A program made the position numbers and the translations under genes. The notes beneath the pieces were generated by a model. That model was not told the DNA's origin. It saw only the letters and a program-made list of their open reading frames with translations, and ran no database searches. DNA of 64,000 bases from Auanema rhodensis (lineage: Eukaryota; Animalia; Nematoda): the NCBI GenBank assembly GCA_964057225.1, contig OZ059898.1, forward strand, positions 16,058,001 to 16,122,000. Direction: 5' to 3'. The stretch's first letter is position 1; each line of letters starts with the position of its first letter. Positions 40,808 to 52,990 of the stretch are shown here, piece after piece.

Positions 40808-43800
40808 ATGCCGGAAACTACAAACGGCGTCCTTTTCTACAATCCTGACACTAATGCTGATCATGATCATGAGCATTCTGAGCAGCATACTCAAGCGCCA
40901 GTAGATGCCGTGGAGCAATTGAAAAACTGTTCATTAAGTAAGTGAATTAACTATAGGTTTATATAAATAGTTATAATTTAATAATTTAAACATATTCCAA
41001 TGTTTTTTTATGTTGATATTAAGTATATGTCTATTTTCCATGCCTTTCGGGCTTTTTTAGATGAAAATATTTCAAAAAATATGAAAACTTCTAAGTCAAA
41101 TACTACAATACAACCACAGGTATCAATAATAAGCTTTTTTTTGACGGTTTTCTTATCTGATTATCAGATTACAATTTTAAAAAAGGAAAAAAATCTTTTA
41201 GCTAACATTTGAAAAACCAGAAAAGTTCGATGACGAATCCCAACTATCTGTACAAAAAGGTGTTTTTTCAATGATCATCTCCAAAGTAGCCTTAAAATAG
41301 AACTATTGCCACAACAGCAAGATGATGAATTCGATAATGACATCAGGTCAGAACGAATATACAATACTCATGATGATGACGATGAGCCGGATTTTTCCCA
41401 ATTGCAAGGCAAACGTTCAAATCAACATCTCCCCCTTGATTTATCAGCTGTTTTGAGGTTGATATTGATAATAATCTCAAAACACAAGTATCCTAAATAG
41501 AGATAAGCATTTATCCGAAAATTTGCGCCAAAGTCTAATCATGATAAATAATGATCAAAAAACAGATATTAATTCGAAATTCTCACGCAATTCCGGTTAG
41601 TTTATCATCTCGACCTCACGAGCCTCCTCCCTAGAACATCTGACTCCTCCATATGAGACATTTAGACACAAGATCTCATGAAAAACTATCAAATCAACAG
41701 AATAGTCAGTCTACTAAAGTTTCTATTCTTCAAAAAGGTTATAATATACTCCTCATATATTATTTTTGTCTTTAGGTCAAGCTGCGATGGTTAAAAAGGG
41801 TAATTTGGGTAAGCATAATGTAACTGTTTGCATGTACTGTATTGTTGTCTTGTATTGTCAACAAAGATAAAAAATATATATATAGAACTTATTCATATAG
41901 TTATAAGATTAGATTAAATGCTTCTATGTAGATGTAGAGCATGTTTACATTTAGAATAATTTATACTTAAAATGATTGTTTTCAGAGTCTGTGGACAGTG
42001 AAGTTTTTGAGAGCGGACCCTTCAAACATGCCTATGCTATGGGCAACTATTCTGATCATCATGGAACATCACCATTTGAGCTGTCAACAACTCCAATCGA
42101 AGTAAACGAGAGCCGAATGCATAGAACAATCGAAATTCAGAACAGGTATGTACAGTTTAAAATTATATTAGAATATATACTATATCACACGTATATGTAT
42201 ATATATATAGAAATGAAATATTAGCCTTTAATTCATTTATTTTAAATTTGATGATATGAATTAAGTAATCTATAGGCAAACTATACGACGACAATCATGC
42301 ACGTAAGTTATTAATATATAAATATATAAAATATATTTATATATATCGTGACTGTTTTGCACCAATTTTCTGGTTTTTGCAAAAAATATATTTTTTCAAT
42401 GAAGCCAATGTGAAGAATGTTAGTTGCACATTCACTCACATTCGTTCTTTCACTTTATTCATATCCGTTTATTATATTTTCTTTTTCATTTTGTTTTTAA
42501 TAAGATACCATAAAAGAAGTCTAAATGACAATTTAAATGGATAATATGATAAGAAGCGCTATCATAGGATCTACTAATAAGCTAAAGCCAGAATCATATA
42601 TATATATACCTTGTTTTCCAAATTCAGCTAGCTTTTTTGGTTTGATATTACTACATTGTCTTCAAATTTTTATACATATTCATAAGACAATGTCAAGAAC
42701 TATTCTAATCTATGGACTGTAAGTTTCGATTCAATATTCAGAAGCATTTTGAGATCATTCACGCACGCATTTTACAATACTAGTTCGAATCACATAATTG
42801 CCTCTTTTCTATCTCTCTCATCTATCTTTAGCACAATAGTATAACTCAACTCGAGACATTGAATTATATCATATATAATCGAATTTGTTTTAATGTTCTT
42901 ATGATATATTCATTAGGGCTCGATTGGAATCACAAAATGAAGGCTGCTTGTCTCCTAAAAGTGTGTCTAGCGTCGGAGCTTCCGCTGGTGCATTCATTGA
43001 GGAGATGGAGCCAAGATGCAAAAGCCCTCAGCTTGTTCAAATGCATACTTTCAGGTAAGTTATGCTTCTCGTTTAACATTTTATCAATGATATATTTTGC
43101 TTTTTAGAGATGCCGTTGATGTAAACTATCAGCGCATGGCTATAACTGGTGAAGAACTTAGTGGAGTGAGTTTCTAAATATTTTATTCTTATTTTGTACA
43201 GTTTTAATGTTACTATTTAAATATTTTCTCTGCTTTGCACCATTACTATATTAAAAATGCGATCTGATAAGAAAAATGTAAAAATTGAATCTTCTTTTAA
43301 CATATTATTATAGCCTAAGCCCAATTTTGAGCTTGAAAAGACTGTAACACCGGAAGTTTTGTATAATAACAATATATTTATATCATTAGTATTATTATAT
43401 TTTTTTGTGAATTTTTCAGGTACCTTTGGAAGATTTACGTGAAGCTGCTCATCAGCTTATTGATGCTATGAGTCTTCGTTGTGAATATATGGATTTAATA
43501 GGAAATCAGTTTCCAACTACAACTAAATGCTTTCTAACTGGAGTGTATCCAAACGGATTACCCAAATACAGAAAGAAGAATACACTGAGCAGTAAGCTTG
43601 AATTTATTTTTTTCTTTACCCTTAGTTTACTTTTATTATTATATTTTTTGGATATCTCTAACCACATATATATTTATCATTATTTGGTATTTAGTTATTA
43701 TAATATGTTTTTTATAAATTTATACATAAGCTAGAAGCTGATATATACCTTTCATATTTGGACTTGTGACTATCGACAAATGGTTCCTTACTTTCTACAG

Positions 43801-46800
43801 ATAATGAATTGTGTAGGTTATCTATTACCCTGTCAATCTTCTTCATGCAAATATTATAACTATCTCTGTCAGCTTCTTAAACTATCTTCTTCAATATGGC
43901 GATTTATATTTATAATTAACGATTATACATAATCTTTTATTTTTATATATCGTCTTTAATATTGTGGATGTTAATCATTAAAAAACAGATTTCATGCACA
44001 GTATATCACTTACCATATATACACATGCTTCTTACATTATATCTTTGGTTGATTAGTATTAAATCAACAGATCTAGATATTCTTCTTTCACTAGATTCAT
44101 TTATATATTCATGATTTAAATCCATAATATAAGTAAACGAACAATTATCAGATTGTATTGCCCCTGATGTTTTAAGTCAATTTCTTGTAAATTATATAAA
44201 ATTATTATCGATTTAGACAAACAAATGAGAAGGGATTGGTCTGATATTAGCCTCGGTAATCCTTTCTCTGAGCGATCTGCTGTGTCTATAACATTAATTT
44301 GCTCCCTTCTTACTCATCCAACCGTTTTCTTACATTTTTTTAATTCTAACGAGCTTTTATTTTTTTTCACTTAAAACATACTTTTGAAACTAAATTTTTA
44401 TTCGATTTGCTCTTAATCTGCTGCTCACATCTATAGTTACTACATAAACCCTATAACATGTGAGAAACCCTTTGTAGTTTATTATTCTTATTAATGTTGT
44501 TTGATATACATAATCGTTAAATGTATTGAAACAAACTGCATGCTACTATTTCACATATCAGCGTTGATTTTTAATTTTTTTTTAATTTACACACTCACAA
44601 CAGTGTTAGTTATTTCAGTGAAGATTACTTCTTGCGTTTTTTTGTTCTGAGAAAAAAAAGTATAAGTATCATTTTGTAATTTTCTCTTATCACTGGCACA
44701 GTTTGCAGATTAATATTATAAATTATATTCTATATTTATGTTTTATAATTGTTAAAAGTTTAGGCGCTAACACCTCGTTCAATCCACCAAAGGCACCAGA
44801 TGATCATTGGGGACTTCTTGATGAACTTCCGAAATTTGAAAAAACTTATACGTTGCGGCGCAACTTAGGAGTTGTATGTTAATTAGATAGATAGAAACTG
44901 TTATGATTATTTCTTTAGATTGAGATTTGTGATGAAACTGGAAAAATTGCTGACCAATTTGCTAGATACTACATCACTAAAGAGAAATTTTTGACTGATA
45001 GTGAACGTTTAACACAGATGATTGTTGATGGACCATTGTAATTATTAATTTTGATTTATATGTTTACATTTTAATTTTACAGAAAATCTTTCTGTTACCG
45101 ACGTTTGTCTTATCTGCAGAACAAGTTCCAGCTTCATGTGTTATTAAATGAATTGCGAGAACTTCATGAACAGAAAAAGATTTCTCATCGTGATTTCTAT
45201 AATATTAGAAAAGTTGATACACATATTCATGCTGCCTCATCTATGAATCAGAAGCATCTTCTTCGTTTTATCAAGAAGAAGATAAAGAAGGAGGCTGACA
45301 CTGTTGTTTTAGAGAAGGTACATATCTGACCATAATTAGTATAATATAAAAATATCTTTTTCTAGGATAATAAGGCAATTACAATGCGTGAAGTATTTAA
45401 AGCAATTGGAATTAATGCTTATGATCTGTCTGTTGATATGCTTGATGTTCATGCTGACCGTAATACATTCCATCGTTTTGACAAGTTCAATACCAAGTTA
45501 GAACATTTAACTAAATAGATGCATTGCGAGTCTCTTATAGATACAATCCTGTTGGAGAGTCAACTTTACGCGAAATTTTCATCAAGACCGATAATTATGT
45601 CAAGGGAAAATATTTCGCTGAGGTCCTAAATGAAGTTCTTTCGGATTTGGAAGAATCAAAATATCAGCAAGCAGAACCACGCTTGAGTATATACGGACGG
45701 AGCAAGGTTTAATACCCGCTACATATCCATTATAAATTGAGAACGATTGTAGGACGAATGGGATAAATTAGCTGCCTGGGCTATCAACAACGATGTTTGG
45801 AGCCCTAACGTTAGATGGTTAATCCAAATTCCACGATTATAGTACGTTTTCTTTTCGATTTTTAAAATTTGCAAAAAAAATACTTAAAAAGGTCTCAGAA
45901 ATGTAAGTTACAATCAAATTGCGCTCAGAAACGAGGAATTACTAAGAACATCATAGACCTTAGTTGCGTTTAGCTATTCCATTCACTCCTCTTGACCTTG
46001 TGCCGTATCTATTACGCGTTTAGATATGAACAAACAATGGTACTAAACTATATTGATAATTATTCTTTTTCAGTGATGTATATAAATCTAAAAACATGGT
46101 TAAAAACTTTGATGAAATTTTGGATAACATCTTTACTCCTCTGTTTGAGGTGGGAATATATTATTATATTTATAACTATATATATATATATATATATGAT
46201 ATAGGTAACTAACGATCCATCCTCTCATCCTGACTTATATCGTTTCCTTCAACAAGTATCAGGAATAGATTCTGTAGATGATGAATCCAAGCATGAATTT
46301 GTTAATGTAAGAGTTATATAAGTTTGAAGCTTATTTTAACTTTATTCATTTAGTTTGATCGATCTACTCCATCGCCTGACGAATATAAAGATTCTGAGAA
46401 TCCTCCATATAATTACTATTTGTTCTATATGTATGCCAATATATGTGCTCTTAATGCTTTCAGACGGTAAATTGACCAAAATCATGAAGCTTATCACCTA
46501 CGTATTTTCAGTGAACGAGGAATGGCAACGTTCTCTCTTCGACCACATTGTGGGGAAGCGGGGCATGTGAATCATTTGTTGACAGGATATTTAACAAGTG
46601 AAAGCATTGCTCACGGTATTCTTTTAAGAAAAGTAAGAAATAAAATTTAATAAAAAATTACAAAACATGTTTTTCAAGGTACCAGTGCTGCAATACCTAT
46701 TCTACCTTACTCAAACGGGTATCGCTATGTCTCCATTATCAAATAACTCATTATTCATTAGTTATCAACGTAATCCACTTCCTGAATATTTACAAAAGGT

Positions 46801-47312
46801 ATATCTGTAAAAAATTCTTTTTAATCAATATTTTTTGTAATTTTAGGGTCTGAATGTATCATTGTCAACTGATGATCCACTTCAATTCCATTATACTAAG
46901 GAAGCTCTTATGGAGGAATATTCTATTGCTGCACAAGTATGGAAACTCAGTTCTTGTGATATGTGCGAATTAGCTAGAAATAGTGTTCTACAAAGTGGTT
47001 TTGAAGATAAGGTATTATAGTATATTTTATATTTCATATACATATATATCATTCTTATATTTCAGGTGAAAGTTCATTGGCTAGGACCTAACTACAAGGA
47101 AGAAGGTGTAATGGGAAATGATATAAATCGCACAAATGTTCCAGATATCAGGTAAGTTATATACTTGAAAATATTTTTTTGTTTTAAACAAGTACACAGC
47201 TGTTAAACGCTAATTATTTTCCAGAGTTTCTTTCCGTCATGAAGCTCTTGTTGACGAGCTTTGCAACTTATTCAGAGTTCAGGATCTCAACATTCCTAGC
47301 ACTGACGAATAG
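40808..47312 (+). CDS. ampd-1: AMP deaminase (further upstream exons may exist at ~38520-38880)
   Basis: [15 protein letters not shown]|VPLEDL; [14 protein letters not shown]; [26 protein letters not shown]; FHRFDKFN; EPRLSIYG; DSVDDESK; RPHCGEAG; IAHG; SPLSNNSLF; [11 protein letters not shown]; [12 protein letters not shown]; TAG 47310-47312. The N-terminal region is built from many small, less certain exons. Confidence 0.95.
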
Positions 47313-47985
47313 AATTTTTTTTATCTTCTGTTGTTGTAAAGAATAGCATATTTCTTAATTATGAATTATATTAAATTCATATTTTTGTTAGCAGAATCAT
47401 TCCGAAATTCAATTTTGCTTTCTTTACAACAGCCTCTATAGAAAATGTATATGTACGTAAAAGGGTCTGAGATGATAAAAGATTTTCTGAAAAAAAAAAG
47501 AAATTCGAATCGAATTAAACTTTTACATTAAAGTAGATTTTTTTAATATTATAGCTAGTTAATTCTGTTTAATTTACTCTTTTATTTGCTTTACCATTCG
47601 TGATTGTAAAATTTCATCTGATTTTTTTGAAAACGAGGTGATTCTTAAAGAATAACATTGATTTTTATAAAAAGTATCGTCATTGTGGATCATTTAACTG
47701 TTGAGACTAGTTTATGATAAAATTTTATATTTAATAAAATTATTATAACATGAAGAATGACAATTATTAAAAAAAGAAATAAAAGTAAATGAAAAATATT
47801 CCAAACCCGTAGTTATCATGTATGAAATGAGACAACGGGTTACTAAAAATACATAATAATCATATTACTAATAAAATAAATATGACAGAGGTATGATAGT
47901 TATTATATATTGATTATTATAAATATTATTCCAATACATTCTAAATATTCAATTAAAACTAGTTAATGTTTCGATTCTATACTAT

Positions 47986-50900
47986 TTATCCTTGGAATAA
48001 ATCGGCATCATCATTCCACCAATCACAATTATTTCCTACATGATGAAGCACATATCCCAATTCGTGAAAGAAATCTCTTTCTGAATACTCCTGAACATAT
48101 ACAATATTATTTTTTAAATTATAAGATGTATAGTTAATTGATTACCTTGTTAACAGTAACAGCCATAGATAATCCATTATCTAAACGTACAAGCATAGCT
48201 GCGCTTCCTGGCATTCTACCGTCATGTTGCCAACCGTTGAATCCCATAATATTCAATGACCATCCAAGACCTGAATATTTATTAATTATATAATTATAAG
48301 TGAAAATAGCTTAACCATATGTATCGTTAGAAGCAACTGATGGTATTGCCCATTGATGAACAGCATTTTCGCTCAAAATATCATGACGTAATGGGAATCC
48401 ATCAACTCTTGTCTAAATATACATATATACCAAAATGTTTTTTTTCTTAAAGTGAATTACCATGAACATCAGCAATTGAATAGGGCTTGCAATCCATCCT
48501 CCCCATGGTCCAATACGATCGGGTGGTAACATCTCATATGGGTTGAAGCCAATACCGTTTCCACTCATATAATATAGTACTTCTCGTCTAAAACAGCAAG
48601 AGTTTTCAAAGAAATATTCAAATTTTGATAGTTATATTATTTCATATAATATATAATAAATATAAAAAAATTAATTAATTATAAATATTTTTTTAGTTAA
48701 TCTTACGGTGATCTATCAGTTATTGTTGGCCTTGCTACTTGAATATCAAATACACCAGAAGGATTAAAAATATTTTTCTTTACAAAATTTTCATAGCTCA
48801 TTTCAGAAAAATGTTCAATTATGAAACCTAAAATTAATTAAAGTTATTTTTTTATTTTTATTTTTTAATACCTAGTACTTGATATCCAAAGTTAGAATAT
48901 ATCCACATAGTTCCTGGCTTATGTTCCAAAGGAATATTTTCTAATACAAATTGAATTAACTCTTTTGTGGACATTTGAGGTTGTATCCAAGCTGCATCTG
49001 AAGCTAGATTGTCCCATCCACCGGCAGAATGTTCAAGAAGATTTCTAACAGTTACATCTGTGACATACCGTTTATACGTTCTAATATTTGGAAACTCGGG
49101 ACCTATAACAGCTGTTAGTTAGATTTTCATAGATATGATGTATACCTAGAATGCCAGTTCTTCCCCAAACTTTATCTTCTAATGTGAAGAATCCTCTATC
49201 AATTAACATCATGATACTTGAAGCAGTAACAGGCTTGGAAACCGAACCAACTCTGAAATACTATGTATTATATATCATGATCAAATATTTAAATAAACCT
49301 GAATTGATGATTAGGAGTAACAGGCTCTTCTTCACGCACATCAGAATATCCAAATCCAGCAGCAAACTTAAGCTTTTCTTTCTTTGATATAGCAATAGAA
49401 AGTCCAGGAATATTCAAATCTTTCATAAAATGTTCAACTCTACGAACCAAAAAGTCCATTTGATTCTCTTTTAGAAGTTCAGGAGCTCCTTTTAAATATC
49501 TAACTGGTATCTGTCTAAATCAATAAATATATGTTTCATTGTTTTAAATATTTAAACTTTACTTTTCATCCCAAATAGGTGGTGGATTAGGATATCTATT
49601 TGTATTTAAATCACTCCATAAAACCACATATTGTAATTGTCCAAAGGAATCCATATAATGTGAAATTTGTCTTGGAAGTATTCGAGAATCTCTCGCATAA
49701 TTTCTGAAAAAATGTAAATATATATTTATAATGAAAATTAAAAATAAGAATAAGTATTACCTATACATTACTTGAAGATCTGGTCCTCGTGAAATCTGGC
49801 TCTTGTGTCCGGGCCGATTTTCCCAAATTCCGGTACATAGCACCTAAAATGATGTCAATGTTTTCTCATTTGTTTTGATGAATTTTTCGTATTTAATCCG
49901 GAAATGAGATTGTTTCCTCAATAATTACGATGTGTCTGGGCATTTCAGTTGTCTCATGTCGAACAAATGAAAACCGCTTTTGCAATTTCATCGGTGACAG
50001 TCCTATTCATTGACATATTTCCGGTTGTTGAATGCTCAACTTCTAATCGTTCAGCGATATATTGCTCTTTCATTCATTCCCAGTCTTTCCACATGTTCTC
50101 TCTCTCAATCTCTTTTGACTCTTCCAGCAGTCCTTGCTTTTCCTCCGTTTAATTCTCTTCATCTCTTTTTGTATTTCGATGATGAAGAAATTTTCAATTT
50201 CTATTTCAGTCGCCACAATCTATCTAACAGTGCCTGTGTAGATACATAGATATGTATGTATGTGTGTTAAAAGGATTGATTGGTTTTGACCAATTCTGTA
50301 TTTGCCTTCAACATGATACATAAAACGGACAAGCTTTAACTAGACCTTCTGTGGTGACAGCTCTTCACCAAAAATGGATGATCAATGGTACTCACACTGT
50401 TATATGAACACTCATGTTTCTAAAGAGATTCCTTGAAAAACTTTTAGATCTAGTGCAACAACTCATTCAATATCATTAGTTAAAGATGATATTACTCACT
50501 TGTCTACGATTGCTAAAAACTCTAAACGAAGTTGCGACATAGCCACGTTGAGATAATAGCTTATCCTTTTGCATACAAGCCTCAAATGATAGTCCATAGT
50601 GAGCTTCATACTGAGTTTTCGTGCTTACAGTCGGTTTCTGCCAGACTCCAATGTATCTGTAAAACAACAATGAATATCACCAAACTTCAACCATGTTATC
50701 CTACTTTCCTTTCGCACCCTCAGCCCATCCACAGAGATATGTTAGTCGATATCCATTTTTTTCGAAGTACTGTCGTTGAGTCTCTGAATGTGGTGCACCA
50801 GGAAACCAAATCTAAAATTGAATATTATGTAATTTGGTTTTAGATGAATGTAATACTTGAGTTTCTGATCCTGGAACTTTTTCCCAATATGTTGTATATG

Positions 50901-51803
50901 TTACAGTACCAGGAGTCTCTTCTTGTCCACAAACTTGAGTCAATGCTAAGTCTCTCATCTCATTGTCCCTAAATAATCGCTTTAGAGAAACTTTTCTTTT
51001 TTTTTTGAATAAAAAAGTTGTTTACCTAACAGCTTTGATCAGGTCATCGTAGGACATGGGGCCAGGTTTGATAAAAACTGGTCCAGTATACTTATGCATG
51101 ATCGCATAATAGTTAACTCCTTAAAGTTTAAATTAAATTAAGTTAAAATGGAAAATGAAGTAATTCAATGTTGTACCTCCATTAGCCATGTAATAACCCA
51201 TTGATACTAAACGTCCTCCATAATTCAAGGAAATTGCAAGTACATTATCTACTAAACTTTCATTCCCTTCAAAATATTAAACGTCTTTAAATTTCTTTAA
51301 TATTCTGAAAATTTACCAGCTGTTAATACCCAATCTTGTTCATTAGGTTGGGGTGGATGAACAACCTGAAGGACGTTATGTCATAAAACATTATCAAATA
51401 TAACAAATTACTTGTAGATTATTTCGATTTGAAGATGAAAATCCACCTTGTATTGGGTCTAGAGATGCTCCTGAATAATATCAAATCTTAACTATAATTA
51501 TTTTAATTTTAAACCTTGTGGAGCATCACTATATTGTCCTAATGGTGTTTGCAATTGGTTTCGACTACTGTTTAAACTATCAAGTACACGTTGAGGGGCA
51601 GTATAAGGATAACTATATAATAATAATAATAATAATAATTAATATTATAGATAAATATAATTATTTCAATAATAATTAACTTACGCATGTATTGCAGGGC
51701 TACGAAGATAATGTTGTGTTACAACATTCAAATAATTATATTCAGCTTTGATATAAGCAACACATAAACAAAAAATTAGTATGACTGTCGGCGATTTGGC
51801 CAT
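47986..51803 (-). CDS. Secreted serine beta-lactamase/PBP-like hydrolase with five N-terminal polyglycine-hydrolase-type (BTRD1-like) repeats; ~19 exons
   Basis: Signal peptide MAKSPTVILIFCLCVAYIKA; five ~48-aa repeats ending Y/C-x-x-x-W/M-x-K; then MKDLNIPGLSIAI...GFGYSD...FRVGSVSKPVTA (SxxK, 49234-49245), VRNLLEHSAGGW, PGTMWIYSNFGYQVLG (YxN, 48891-48899), GPWGGWIASP, WQHDGRMPGS (48218-48226) and ...WWNDDADLFQG*. Confidence 0.9.
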
Positions 51804-52990
51804 TACCTCTAAAATAAAATAAATAAATAATAAATATTAAATGTATAAATATATAATAATAAATAATAACAACAACAACTTTGTGTTGGTTGACATGGAC
51901 TACATGAAAGTTACGATTTCAACTAGTATTGCTGTCTATTGACTTTTGGCTAACGAACAAAAGACTTCTTAGAACTATTGGAATCATATTGAAAGATGAG
52001 TTGACTATTGTACTAAAAAAGTCAAAGAAGAGAGCAAGTATTAGCTGGCTTCACAGCTTCTTGTCAAGCCGTCATTTGAAAATATTTTAAAGACTGAGAA
52101 ACGGCGGACATATATCCAGCTTTTGACCACACCTACGACTGAAACACTCAATAAACAAACATGCCGTAAGCCTTCTTCTCTCTTTTTGTCAACATCTATC
52201 TATGAATTCAATGCCTTCACTTGAAAAGTGGAAGTTAATCGGAAGGAAAAATGATTGGTCATCGAAAAATATATTTGAAAAAGAAAAATTTAATATTGAA
52301 AAATCAAAAACAGAACAGAATATATCATTGAATTTTTTGGAAAATCAAGAATAACATTAGTCAAACATTACATTTGTAAAAAAAAAAAGATTTGAAATCG
52401 GTCACGATCGCTTAAACTTCAGCTTCACAGACTCATTTGAAAAGAATGTAAAATCGGAGAAGCATCGTCAACGTTAAGAAGGTGACCTAATAGGCCAAAA
52501 ACGAGACAGAAGAGAGATGAAGAGAAGAAAAGAAAAAAAAGTTTCAGTTTGAATTCCCATTAAGTCATTGTGAAATCAAAAATATATTTATTTACTAAAT
52601 AATATTTTACATTTTTTCTTAAAACAATTAAACATATTTAGTATATTTAAGAAAGAACAAAGTTTATTTCTTATTTTTATTTTATTTGTTTAAATATGTT
52701 TATTATATTTTTAAAAAATCGTTTATTCTTTATACTTTATAATATTTCTTCGTATCTTGTTCCATATGAAAGAAACGAAGAAGTAAGTATACGCCTCTCA
52801 CTCTTCCGGAATAAGGTTCTCCCTACCCTTCAAATTCGTTGCCAAGGCCGAGACGACTAGGCTCAAGCCAGCTTCTACTAAGTCTCACCATACGTACTAT
52901 GTACATCCAGCTAATTCCTAAACCTACTCTCTGACCTAATAGTTGTCGTTTCTTTGCAATTGTTTTCCTACAATCAATTCATCTAGATCA

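Noticed and set aside
43313-43321. GCCTAAGCC, complementary to the nematode telomere repeat (telomerase-RNA template idea)
   Set aside because: A single 9-mer overlapping a candidate coding exon, with no supporting RNA structure.
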